From contig CANRFQ010000003.1 of the NCBI GenBank assembly GCA_947629935.1, positions 10,986-74,985 on the forward strand: 64,000 bases of DNA, written 5' to 3'. Position 1 is the stretch's first letter; each line of letters begins with the position of its first letter. Positions 17,983 through 26,554 of this stretch are shown one piece after another. This stretch comes from an uncultured Bacilli bacterium (lineage in GTDB: Bacteria > Bacillota_I > Bacilli_A > RF39 > UBA660). Made by a program: the position numbers and the translations under genes. Under the pieces are notes generated by a model. The model made no database searches. It was not told the origin of the DNA and saw nothing but the letters and a program-made list of their open reading frames with translations.

Positions 17983-19173
17983 ATGCAAAAATTAATTATG
18001 CTTAAATACGGAGAATTAACAACTAAAAAAGGTAACATTGGGTTATTTTTAAATACTTTAAAAGAAAATATTAAAAATTCTTTAAAAGATATAGAATGTG
18101 ATATTCATTTTGATAAAGGACGAATGTTTATTATTCCTCTTTCTAATAATTATGAAAGAATTATTAAGAGTCTTCAAAATGTTTTTGGTATCCATGAAAT
18201 TGCGATTGTGTATGAGTTAAAAGCTAATGAGATTGAAAAAATAGGTGAGTCTTTATTAAAACTTCTAGAAAATTATGAATTTAAGACTTTTAAAGTAGTA
18301 ACTAAAAGAAGTGATAAAAAATATCCTTTAACAAGTATGGAAATAAGTGCCAAAATAGGCGGAATTTTACTAAAAAATATTAAAGACATTAAAGTGGATA
18401 TTCATAATCCTGATATATATGTAAATGTCGAAATAAGAAATCATGCCACATATTTATATTTTGAAACAATCAAAGGAATAGGGGGCTATCCCGTTGGCGT
18501 ATTAGGTAAAGGCCTACTTATGTTAAGTGGAGGAATTGATTCACCTGTTGCCGGTTATATGGCTATTAAAAGAGGAGTCAAATTAGAGGCCGTTTATTTT
18601 GAAAGTCCACCTCATACTAGTGTTGAAGCTAAAAATAAAGTAATAGCTTTAGCTCAAAAATTAGCGGTTTATAATAATAACATAAAATTACATATTATTA
18701 ATTTTACCGAAATCCAAGAAGCGATATATAAAAACATTCCGCACGAATATTTAATTACGATAATGCGCAGGATGATGTATCGAATCAGTGCTAAAATAGC
18801 AGCCAATATTAATGGTAAAATTTTAGTTAATGGAGAAAGTATTGGCCAAGTAGCTTCGCAAACATTAACTTCTATGCAAGTTATCAATGAAGTAGTCAAG
18901 ATACCGGTAATAAGGCCGCTTGCTTGTTTTGATAAATTAGAAATTATTGAAATTGCTAAAAAAATTGAAACATATGAAACTAGTATCTTACCTTATGAAG
19001 ATTGTTGTACAATATTTGTACCAGAACATCCTGTTATTAATCCGGATTTAAAACTTTGTTACGAATATGAAAAGTTAATACCTTATGAAGATTTAATAAA
19101 TAAAGCTCTAAAAGAACAAGAAGTCATAAAAATTGACCCCGAAAAAACGAATGATTATGCTGATATTTTATAA
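17983..19173 (+). CDS. thiI: tRNA 4-thiouridine(8) synthase ThiI (the track ORF starts at 17923; the ATG at 17983 has a GAGAGGAAG RBS)
   Basis: THUMP domain followed by the PP-loop LSGGIDSPVAGYMAIKRG. Length is about 396 aa from 17983. Confidence 0.85.
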   Translation: MQKLIMLKYGELTTKKGNIGLFLNTLKENIKNSLKDIECDIHFDKGRMFIIPLSNNYERIIKSLQNVFGIHEIAIVYELKANEIEKIGESLLKLLENYEFKTFKVVTKRSDKKYPLTSMEISAKIGGILLKNIKDIKVDIHNPDIYVNVEIRNHATYLYFETIKGIGGYPVGVLGKGLLMLSGGIDSPVAGYMAIKRGVKLEAVYFESPPHTSVEAKNKVIALAQKLAVYNNNIKLHIINFTEIQEAIYKNIPHEYLITIMRRMMYRISAKIAANINGKILVNGESIGQVASQTLTSMQVINEVVKIPVIRPLACFDKLEIIEIAKKIETYETSILPYEDCCTIFVPEHPVINPDLKLCYEYEKLIPYEDLINKALKEQEVIKIDPEKTNDYADIL

Positions 19174-19189
19174 TAGATAAAAAGGATGC

Positions 19190-19366
19190 TTAGTTGCATC
19201 TTTTTTCATAACTTTCACATATAGTTGCACTTTTATCTTTGTTATTATTTTTAGTCCCTACTAAAATTTTGGCTAAAGTACAACGTTTATCACTCGCATT
19301 ATGATAAGTGCAATCTGCTACATTACAATCGATGCATTGATTAAAATAAGGATCTTTGCCTTCCAT
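19190..19366 (-). CDS. DUF1540-like small Cys-rich protein (about 58 aa from the internal ATG; the track ORF starts at a TTG at 19513)
   Basis: QCIDCNVADCTYHNASDKRCTLAKILVG fits the DUF1540 pattern I.C.V..C.Y…C.A..I.V. GGTGA lies 4 nt before the ATG at 19366. Confidence 0.4.
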   Translation of the reverse strand: MEGKDPYFNQCIDCNVADCTYHNASDKRCTLAKILVGTKNNNKDKSATICESYEKRCN

Positions 19367-19431
19367 GTTATCACCATTATTAGTATGTATAATAATAGAA
19401 AAATTATGCATCATAATAATAGGTGAATAAT

Positions 19432-19626
19432 ATGAAATATATTGATTATCATTATAAACAGTCAGCTTTAGAATATCAGGATGAATTAGAACGTCAAAGA
19501 TTTGAATTAACAAATGAATACGGTTATAACTTTGATTGTGAGACTAAAAGACACATAAATGATGAAAGTTTATTTATGCGTCCTAAAAATCTTGTCAATA
19601 AGGATTTTATTAACTTAAAAAGATAG
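19432..19626 (+). CDS. Hypothetical 64-aa protein (the track ORF starts at a GTG at 19423)
   Basis: AGGTGA RBS lies 6 nt before the ATG at 19432. The gene is divergent from the DUF1540-like gene. Confidence 0.3.
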   Translation: MKYIDYHYKQSALEYQDELERQRFELTNEYGYNFDCETKRHINDESLFMRPKNLVNKDFINLKR

Positions 19627-19644
19627 CGAAATCATCTTTTTTTT

Positions 19645-19652
19645 TGTATAAT
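19645..19652 (+). promoter_or_regulatory. Extended -10 element TGTATAAT upstream of ackA
   Basis: tgtataat lies about 20 nt upstream of the ackA RBS GAGGTGG. Confidence 0.4.
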
Positions 19653-19671
19653 AAAAAGCGAGGTGGAAAAA

Positions 19672-20853
19672 ATGAAAATATTATCTGTTAATGCGGGGAG
19701 TTCATCATTAAAATTTACTTTGATAGAACTTCCGAGTCAAGAAGAATTAATGAGTGGATTATTTGAAAAAATTGGAATAGGAAATAGTTTTTATACTATA
19801 AAGGTAAATGGAGAAAAATTAAAAAGAGAAGTTGATTTAAAAGATCATTCTGTAGCTGTTAAATATTTAATTGAAGAATTAATTAATAATAAAGTAGTTG
19901 ATTCTTTAGAAGATATTGATGGAGTTGGTCATCGTATTGCTCATGGTACTGATAAATATAATCAAAGTGTTTTATTAAATGAAGATATTATTAAAGATAT
20001 TGAATCATTTAGTGAACTAGCACCATTACATAATCCCGCTAATTTAGTAGGAATAAGAGCCTTTATGGAAAATATGCCTAATACTCCAATGATTGGCGTA
20101 TTTGATACTGCTTTTCATCAAACTATGAAAGAAGAGGAATTTATTTATCCATTACCATATGAATGGTATACAAAATATGGCGTAAGAAAATATGGCTTTC
20201 ATGGAACATCACATCGTTTTATTAATAAAACAATTTGTGAATATTTAAAAAATGAAAATTTAAAAGTTATTTCTTGTCATATTGGCAATGGTGCGTCTTT
20301 AGCAGCGATTGCTAGTGGTAAGGTGGTTGATACTTCCATGGGATTTACACCAGCATCAGGAGTTATGATGGGTACTCGTTCCGGTGATATCGATGTCAGT
20401 ATTATCCCTTATATTATGAATAAAGAAAATAAAACTATTGATGAAGTAATGAATGATATTAATAAAAAATCCGGATTACTAGGGATAAGTGGCGTAAGTA
20501 GTGACGCGCGTGATATTGAGTTAGCTATCTCTGAAGGTAATGAAAATGCGAAATTAGCTTTTAATATGTTTAGTCAAAAAGTGGCTAATTATATTGCTAT
20601 GTACAATAATATTTTAGGTGGAGCGGATGTTATTTGCTTTACCGCTGGCATTGGGGAAAAAGGCCCAGACTTTAGAGCGGAAATTTTAAAAAGAGTAGCT
20701 AGTTTAGGAATAAAAATTGATGAACAAGCAAATAAGGATACATTTGGTAAATTTGGTTTAATCAGTACTAATGATTCTAGCATCCCCGTTTATGTCGTGC
20801 CTACTAATGAAGAATTAATGATTGCTCAAGATACTTATGATTTAATAAATTAA
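19672..20853 (+). CDS. ackA: Acetate kinase (the track ORF begins at a GTG at 19663, inside the RBS)
   Basis: MKILSVNAGSSSLKF…, with the conserved acetate/propionate kinase motifs (…FHGTSH…, …VHLGNGASI.. equivalent). Confidence 0.9.
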   Translation: MKILSVNAGSSSLKFTLIELPSQEELMSGLFEKIGIGNSFYTIKVNGEKLKREVDLKDHSVAVKYLIEELINNKVVDSLEDIDGVGHRIAHGTDKYNQSVLLNEDIIKDIESFSELAPLHNPANLVGIRAFMENMPNTPMIGVFDTAFHQTMKEEEFIYPLPYEWYTKYGVRKYGFHGTSHRFINKTICEYLKNENLKVISCHIGNGASLAAIASGKVVDTSMGFTPASGVMMGTRSGDIDVSIIPYIMNKENKTIDEVMNDINKKSGLLGISGVSSDARDIELAISEGNENAKLAFNMFSQKVANYIAMYNNILGGADVICFTAGIGEKGPDFRAEILKRVASLGIKIDEQANKDTFGKFGLISTNDSSIPVYVVPTNEELMIAQDTYDLIN

Positions 20854-20867
20854 AAGGAAGTGGTTTT

Positions 20868-21827
20868 ATCAAACCAATAATAAAAAAAATTCGGAAAAAA
20901 ATAAAGGAATATCAGGAAATTTACATTGCTCGACATATTGGCCCTGATCCTGATGCTATAGCGAGTCAAATTGCTTTAAGAGATTCTTTAAGAAAAACTT
21001 TTCCTAGTAAGAAGATTTATGCAGTGGGGGTAAGTGTCTCTAAATTTCGTTATTTTGGTGATTTAGATAAAGAGAAGATAGAAGATAAAGATTTATCTAA
21101 AGCTTTGCTAATGGTATTAGATGTTCCCAATATTGCTCGAGTAGATGTTCCTAATTTTCAAAATTTTGCCGAAGTATTAAAAATAGATCATCATCCCTAT
21201 GAAGATAAAATGGGCGAAGTAGAGTGGGTAGATGAAACCGCTAGTTCTACTTGTCAAATGATAATTGAACTTATTTTTGAAGCAAAATTTAGATTAACAG
21301 AAGAAGTTGCTAAAAATTTATTTTTAGGTGTTGTTTCCGATAGTGATCGTTTTCTTTTATCATATACATCAACTAAGACATTTGCTTTAATCAAAAAACT
21401 AATTGATAAAGTCAACTTAGATTTTACTAAGTTATATCCTTTATTATACGAAAGACCATTAGATGAAATTCGTTTTCATGGTTATTTATCACAAAATTTG
21501 CAAGTCACTAAAAATGGATTTGGGTACTTACAATTAGATAATGAAATAATTAAAGAATATAATGTAGATAATGCAACAGCTTCAAATATGATTAACGATT
21601 TTAATTTTATTAAAGAAGTGTTAGTTTGGTCATTCATTACTTATGATGAAAGAACAGGCATTTATAAGGTAAATATTCGCAGTCGAGGTCCTATAATTAA
21701 TGAAATAGCTTCTAAGTATGGTGGAGGAGGACATAAGTTTGCTAGTGGAGTACGTACAGAAGTTAAAGATGATATTGACAAATTAATAGCTGACCTAGAT
21801 GCAGCTTGTAAAGAATATAAAAAATAA
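20868..21827 (+). CDS. nrnA: NrnA-like DHH/DHHA1 phosphoesterase (oligoribonuclease / pAp phosphatase). The conserved N-terminus lies upstream of the track ORF (21024) and has no ATG/GTG/TTG; ATC at 20868 is the best candidate start
   Basis: The in-frame upstream translation (…KKIKEYQEIYIARHIGPDPDAIASQIALRDSLRKTFPSKKIYAVG) matches the NrnA N-terminus, including the DHH motif I (DxD). The DHH motif itself (KIDHHP) is further along. A strong RBS AAGGAAG lies 7 nt before the ATC, and the gene is 14 nt downstream of ackA. Confidence 0.55.
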   Translation: MKPIIKKIRKKIKEYQEIYIARHIGPDPDAIASQIALRDSLRKTFPSKKIYAVGVSVSKFRYFGDLDKEKIEDKDLSKALLMVLDVPNIARVDVPNFQNFAEVLKIDHHPYEDKMGEVEWVDETASSTCQMIIELIFEAKFRLTEEVAKNLFLGVVSDSDRFLLSYTSTKTFALIKKLIDKVNLDFTKLYPLLYERPLDEIRFHGYLSQNLQVTKNGFGYLQLDNEIIKEYNVDNATASNMINDFNFIKEVLVWSFITYDERTGIYKVNIRSRGPIINEIASKYGGGGHKFASGVRTEVKDDIDKLIADLDAACKEYKK

Positions 21828-21832
21828 TATTT

Positions 21833-21872
21833 AAAAAGATGAAAAAGTCAATAATTTCATCTTTTTTTGAAT
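21833..21872 (+). terminator. Rho-independent terminator after nrnA
   Basis: aagatgaaa-[loop]-tttcatctt followed by TTTTT. Confidence 0.65.
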
Positions 21873-21985
21873 AATTTAGTACTAAAATTAAAAAATTGCA
21901 GATAATAGTATTATATATATTTTTTATATTTTTAAATAAAAGTTTATATTTTGTTTACATAAATTAAATTCAATGGAATTAAAAC

Positions 21986-22014
21986 TTGACGCTTTTTTAG
22001 TTACGTTATAAAAT
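21986..22014 (+). promoter_or_regulatory. Sigma-A-type promoter TTGACG-N17-TAAAAT
   Basis: TTGACG at 21986..21991, a 17-nt spacer, and TAAAAT at 22009..22014, upstream of the tasA-like gene. Confidence 0.45.
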
Positions 22015-22052
22015 TATATTAGAGTATAGTGAGGAAAATAGGGTGTATTAAA

Positions 22053-22676
22053 ATGAATAAAAAAAATTTATCAAGCTTTTTAAAACATCAAACTATAATA
22101 ATTATTACTAGTTTAATATTAGTGATTTTAATAACAGGCTCAATTTCTCATGCCTATTTTACTGCTTCTGTATCTGGTAGTTCAAGCTCTGTTACAGCAA
22201 CAAGCGGTAATCTTAATATAACTTTAAATTCTACTAGTCCAAATAGCAGCAATGGTAAAATATACATTCAGGCAGATCCTTCTGGTCAAGATAATCCGTA
22301 TACGCTTACAATAAAAAATGATGGTGATGTCGCCGCCGCTTATGATATCGTGGTTATTAATACTTCTGGGGGAATTGCTGAACATGATATAAAGTATAAA
22401 TTAACAAAATCAGGAGAAACGTCTGGAACCTCTTCACCCCTAGGGAATTCTACTGATGCTCCTTCCAGTTATACCAAAAGCACAGTAATAAAGCATGTGA
22501 CTACACCACTTGCGGTGGGGGCAATAGATAAGTATGATTTAAGTTTTTGGATATCTTCTTCGATGGCAGAATCTAGCCAAGATAGTATTTTGAGTAGTAA
22601 TAAAAAAGTCAATTTGCAAATAAAAATCGTATCTAAAGCATCAGCTGATTCTTCTCAATTAAATAGTATTTCCTAA
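22053..22676 (+). CDS. TasA/CalY (camelysin, Peptidase_M73)-family secreted protein with a SipW-cognate-type signal peptide (the track ORF starts at a GTG at 22029)
   Basis: After the signal-anchor region, …SISHAYFTASVSGSS…TATSGNLNITLNS parallels the TasA/CalY …AYFSD…AGTLDL motif. The protein is about 207 aa and S/T-rich. Confidence 0.45.
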   Translation: MNKKNLSSFLKHQTIIIITSLILVILITGSISHAYFTASVSGSSSSVTATSGNLNITLNSTSPNSSNGKIYIQADPSGQDNPYTLTIKNDGDVAAAYDIVVINTSGGIAEHDIKYKLTKSGETSGTSSPLGNSTDAPSSYTKSTVIKHVTTPLAVGAIDKYDLSFWISSSMAESSQDSILSSNKKVNLQIKIVSKASADSSQLNSIS

Positions 22677-23074
22677 TAATATATTAAATAATTTAAATTT
22701 TTAAAAAGAAAAAGTTCAAATTAATGGTATAAACTTAATTTTTTAGACAAAGAAATGAGTTTTTTAATGAGCTTGAGATAGATGTCCTTATGAGCACAGA
22801 CTAAAAACAAAGGTATTAAAGTCTATACGGTTATTGCAAAAATGAAAATAAAAACGAAACCAAGTTTTTAAAATAGTTCACTCCATCAAACAAATTTCAA
22901 TATATAACAATGTTAAGTCTTTTAACGATAACAAAAAGCGAAATGAACAAAATTTGTTTAAATATATCTATATCTCTATTTATTTTAAAATAAAATAAAA
23001 TAATATAATTTAAATAAAAATAATTATATTTTTTTTTTAATGTTTATTATATAATTTAAATAGGGTGAAGATTA

Positions 23075-23839
23075 ATGCAGATACTAGAATATAAAAAACT
23101 CAAAGACAATAGATATATTGTTTATTTAAAAAATAAAAAAGAAATTATTTTATACGATGAAGTTATTTTGAAATTTAATTTGCTTAATAATAAGAATTTA
23201 AATGAAGAAAAATTAGAAGAAGTGCAAAAGTATAATGATGAATTAGATAGTTATTACAAAGCTCTTAAATATTTAACTATTAAAATGCGTACGAAAAAGG
23301 AAATTAGAGATTATTTAAAAAAGAAGGACTTTGGTGAAGAAGTAATTGTTAAAACCATTACAAGACTAGAAAAAGAAGAGTATATTAATGAAAAAAAATA
23401 TATTCATTATTATATTTTAGATCAAATTAATTTAACCTTAAATGGACCTCAAAAAATAAAGAAAGTCCTTTTACAAAAAATGCTTGATGAAAATACAATA
23501 AATCAAGAATTATCTAGAATTGATAATAAGGTATGGCTAGAAAAATGCCACAAAATTATTAATAAAAAATTAACAGCAAATAAAGATAGTAAAATAATAT
23601 TTTTAAATAAAATTCAAACGCATTTATTTAAAGAAGGTTATAGTAAAGATATATATAATGATTTAATTCAAAATATTGAGTTAAATGATAATGATAATTT
23701 TTTAAAGACCGCTAATCAGATATATCAAAAGTTACAAAAAAAATATACTGGCGAAAAGTTACTATATTATTTAAAAAGTAAATTATATTCTAAGGGGTAC
23801 ACTATAGAGCAAATAAATGGATTTATTAATAATATATAA
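23075..23839 (+). CDS. recX: RecX-family regulatory protein
   Basis: Repeated three-helix units, e.g. KKYIHYYILDQINLTLNGPQKIKKVLLQKMLDEN, which resembles RecX …GPRRI.QEL.QKGI…. RBS GGGTGA. Confidence 0.45.
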   Translation: MQILEYKKLKDNRYIVYLKNKKEIILYDEVILKFNLLNNKNLNEEKLEEVQKYNDELDSYYKALKYLTIKMRTKKEIRDYLKKKDFGEEVIVKTITRLEKEEYINEKKYIHYYILDQINLTLNGPQKIKKVLLQKMLDENTINQELSRIDNKVWLEKCHKIINKKLTANKDSKIIFLNKIQTHLFKEGYSKDIYNDLIQNIELNDNDNFLKTANQIYQKLQKKYTGEKLLYYLKSKLYSKGYTIEQINGFINNI

Positions 23840-23840
23840 A

Positions 23841-23868
23841 AAAGCTTTCCTTAATTGGAAGGCTTTTC
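23841..23868. terminator. Rho-independent (probably bidirectional) terminator after recX
   Basis: aaagctttcc-ttaatt-ggaaggcttt followed by T residues. Confidence 0.55.
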
Positions 23869-24155
23869 TAATTTAAGAGTTTTTTCTTGTTCAACTAGAG
23901 TACCAAATTCAATAAATTCGCCCATTTCATTAGATGTACATTCTACAGTTTTTTCATTTTGATAGAAGAATGTAACAATACTATTAACTACTTCAATATC
24001 AATTATAATATAACCAGGATGATAAGAAAATTGTTCGGAATTCTGACTACTTATGTCATAAAAATAAGATTTAGCAATAATGTGTTTTCACCATGATTAA
24101 AAGTTTTTGTTACTATTTTTTTATCATTGGTAATTTCTGATAGATTTGTATTCAT
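23859..24155 (-). pseudogene. Possible frameshifted small gene (about 110 aa if a +1 shift in a T5 run at about 24060..24064 is allowed)
   Basis: A minus-strand ATG at 24155 opens a 34-codon ORF that ends in a T-rich run. An overlapping frame stays open for about 84 codons down to about 23859 without any start codon. A one-base indel in the homopolymer would fuse the two. No homolog recognised. Confidence 0.2.
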
Positions 24156-24308
24156 CTCTTGTTTTTCAATATTAGGTATTAATCCAATGCTTGCGTTTGC
24201 ACATCTACATAGCGAAGTAAGAGATATAATGTTAGCTAAACTGCATGCTACTAATTTAGTTTTATTGTTCTTAAAAAAATCAATAAAAATAGGAAACCTT
24301 TTGGCTTC

Positions 24309-25331
24309 CTATTCTTCAGTTGAACTACTATTTTGTTCTATAGCTTTAGATAAAGAATTTTGAATGTAATTTGAATATTGTTTACTAAGTTCGCTATCTT
24401 TAATTTCCATATCATATTTTTTACGAATATCTTGTAAGGCATTAATGCTTGTAGTAGCATCATTACTAATTAATTCACTTGATAAAGTATCAATTATTTT
24501 ATCTTTAACATCTTCAAGTTTAGCTTTTTCTTTAGATTTAACTCTTAAGATAATATGGTATCCTAGACTAGTTTTAACTGGTTCTTTTGTATATTCTCCA
24601 TCATTTAATTTATAAGCTTCATCAGCAAATCCTTCATAGTCGCTAGATAGAGTATCAGTATTAATATAGCCTAAATCCCCGCCATTTTCACTAGTTGCTT
24701 CATCGTCAGAATTTTTCTTTGCTAATGTTTTAAATTCTTTACTAGCATCTTCAGCTTCATCAAGTTTTTTGATAAGTTTTTCAGCTTCTTTTTTCGCTTT
24801 TTCTTCTGCTTTTGTCTTTTCATCTTCACTCATATCATCTTTGACTTCAGGAGTAATTAAGATATGACTTACTTTAATGTCTCCATAAATACTTTCATTA
24901 TAGTATTTTTCAATATCGCTGTCTTTGATTTGATCTTTTGCGTAATCTTCAACGGCTAAATTTTGTAAATAGGCGATATATAGATAATCTTCATAAGCTT
25001 CCATTGTAGAAAATCCTGTAAATTGTTGAACTGCTGCTAAAGCGTTATCTCCATATTGACTTTTAATTTGCTCAATTTGACTTTTAGCAGAAGACTTAGC
25101 ATCCTCAAGATCATCTTTATATTCTTTTTCTAAGATTTGTTTATCAATCATAGTTATTAAAGTTGATAGACCATAAGTATCTTTTACCTCATTATATAGT
25201 TCGTTAGCACTAATATTGCCTTTTTTGAAAGTTACGACAGCTTCACTTCCATCTTTTAATTTTGGTATTGTTTTACCACATCCTGCAACAAGAAGCATAC
25301 ATGCTCCTAATACAATTATTTTCTTTTTCAT
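24309..25331 (-). CDS. prsA: PrsA-like foldase lipoprotein (parvulin-type PPIase). The start is the MKKKIIV ATG at 25331, which has a GGAGGA RBS
   Basis: Lipobox LVAGC after MKKKIIVLGACML. A parvulin/rotamase domain (…ENGGDLGYINTDTLSSDYEGFADEAYKL…SLGYHIILRV…). Confidence 0.7.
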   Translation of the reverse strand: MKKKIIVLGACMLLVAGCGKTIPKLKDGSEAVVTFKKGNISANELYNEVKDTYGLSTLITMIDKQILEKEYKDDLEDAKSSAKSQIEQIKSQYGDNALAAVQQFTGFSTMEAYEDYLYIAYLQNLAVEDYAKDQIKDSDIEKYYNESIYGDIKVSHILITPEVKDDMSEDEKTKAEEKAKKEAEKLIKKLDEAEDASKEFKTLAKKNSDDEATSENGGDLGYINTDTLSSDYEGFADEAYKLNDGEYTKEPVKTSLGYHIILRVKSKEKAKLEDVKDKIIDTLSSELISNDATTSINALQDIRKKYDMEIKDSELSKQYSNYIQNSLSKAIEQNSSSTEE

Positions 25332-25452
25332 ATAATCCTCCAAACATAACCAATTATATCAATCATTTTATAAAAATACAAGAAGAACACTCACACAAAT
25401 TCTGGGTTTCGTATACTATATAAGTGAAAAGACAAAAAAGGAGGAATGATTT

Positions 25453-25542
25453 ATGAACAACAATGGCTGCGGATGCTTAGGACCTGCTATAATCCTAGTG
25501 CTATTCATACTTTTAATAATCATTGTAGGAGCATTTATTTAA
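25453..25542 (+). CDS. YjcZ-family tiny sporulation membrane protein (29 aa: MNNNGCGCLGPAIILVLFILLIIIVGAFI)
   Basis: A perfect RBS AAAGGAGGA 7 nt upstream. A Gly/Cys N-terminus plus an AIILVLFILLIIIVG hydrophobic tail, as in the Bacillus YjcZ/TIGR01732 family. Absent from the ORF track because it is under 60 aa. Confidence 0.45.
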   Translation: MNNNGCGCLGPAIILVLFILLIIIVGAFI

Positions 25543-25568
25543 TAAATGAATAAAGGAGGGTATCCTAT

Positions 25569-25709
25569 ATGAGTACTTCAAATTCTTGTTGTAAACCACA
25601 AAAAAAATGTAACAATAATAACTCATCATGTGGTATGAGTAATGCATACTTTATAATTGTCTTATATATTTTACTTGCAATAATACTTGCAGGCATAATC
25701 TATTATTAA
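25569..25709 (+). CDS. Second YjcZ-like tiny membrane protein (46 aa: MSTSNSCCKPQKKCNNNNSSCGMSNAYFIIVLYILLAIILAGIIYY)
   Basis: RBS TAAAGGAGGG. A Cys-rich N-terminus and a hydrophobic C-terminus. It is in tandem with the preceding gene, as yjcZ-like genes often are. Confidence 0.4.
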   Translation: MSTSNSCCKPQKKCNNNNSSCGMSNAYFIIVLYILLAIILAGIIYY

Positions 25710-25710
25710 A

Positions 25711-25737
25711 TAAAAGAGGATTACCTCTTTTTATTTG
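25711..25737 (+). terminator. Rho-independent terminator after the yjcZ-like pair
   Basis: aagagg-atta-cctctt followed by TTTTATTTGTTTT. Confidence 0.55.
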
Positions 25738-25786
25738 TTTTAAATCAAAATAAAACTCGAATATAACTTCGAGTAATTAACAATTT

Positions 25787-25875
25787 TGGTGCCCAAGGCC
25801 GGACTTGAACCGGCACGGGCTTTAACACCCGCAGGATTTTAAGTCCTGTGCGTCTACCTATTCCGCCACTTGGGC
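25787..25875 (-). tRNA. tRNA-Leu (anticodon UAA), 89 nt, type II long variable arm, encoded CCA
   Basis: 7-bp acceptor stem GCCCAAG/CTTGGGC, anticodon loop CTTAAAA, T-arm GGTTCAAGTCC, 3' CCA. Confidence 0.85.
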
Positions 25876-26009
25876 AGGCACATGTCTTAAAATATAAGAC
25901 TATTAAAGTATATCCCATAATTTTCACTTTTTCAAGTCCTAAGTTAAAAAAGTTGTAAAAATTTTCAAAATAAAAATCTTAATATTTTTGATAAATCATT
26001 TATTAGTAA

Positions 26010-26039
26010 TTGACTTTTAAAAAATAGGTATGATATAAT
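26010..26039 (+). promoter_or_regulatory. Strong promoter for the tRNA operon: TTGACT, 18-nt spacer, TG-extended TATAAT
   Basis: TTGACT at 26010..26015 and TGATATAAT ending at 26039, about 23 nt before tRNA-Ser. Confidence 0.55.
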
Positions 26040-26062
26040 TCATTTGTTGTTGAAAAAATGTT

Positions 26063-26155
26063 GGAGGAATACCCAAGTCTGGTTGAAGGGACCGGTCTTG
26101 AAAACCGGGAGGTCGTGCGAACGGCGCAGGGGTTCGAATCCCTTTTCCTCCGCCA
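26063..26155 (+). tRNA. tRNA-Ser (anticodon UGA), long variable arm, encoded CCA
   Basis: Acceptor stem GGAGGAA/TTCCTCC, anticodon loop CTTGAAA, T-loop GGTTCGAATCC. Confidence 0.85.
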
Positions 26156-26163
26156 TGTGTTAT

Positions 26164-26240
<77 letters not shown>

Positions 26241-26243
26241 ATT

Positions 26244-26319
26244 GGTTCCGTAGTGTAGCGGTTATCACGTCTGCCTGTCACGCAGAAGATCGCGGGTTCA
26301 ATTCCCGTCGGAACCGCCA
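26244..26319 (+). tRNA. tRNA-Asp (anticodon GUC)
   Basis: Acceptor stem GGTTCCG/CGGAACC, anticodon loop CTGTCAC, 3' CCA. Confidence 0.85.
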
Positions 26320-26322
26320 TTT

Positions 26323-26398
<76 letters not shown>

Positions 26399-26408
26399 TA
26401 TTGATACC

Positions 26409-26440
26409 AAACTCGGACTTTTATGGTTCGAGTTTTAAAA
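26409..26440 (+). terminator. Rho-independent terminator of the tRNA operon
   Basis: aaactcggac-[loop]-gttcgagttt followed by TTTT. Confidence 0.55.
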
Positions 26441-26554
26441 TAATTCAAAATATGCTAAAAAGTTATATTAAATTGATATATTTGTCAATTGAGAAAACAT
26501 ATTATCATATCGATAAATCAATAAATATTTATAAGAAAGGATTTATACTTACAT

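Noticed and set aside
22690-23074. The 385-bp AT-rich intergenic region before recX as a possible ncRNA
   Set aside because: There is no GC-rich or convincingly structured segment, and no conserved ncRNA signature (SRP, 6S, tmRNA, RNase P motifs) was recognised. It is probably just promoter or spacer DNA.
24127-24363. 78-aa plus-strand ORF between recX and prsA
   Set aside because: It overlaps the prsA 3' end in antisense and has no RBS. The minus-strand frameshifted ORF reading is more plausible for this interval.
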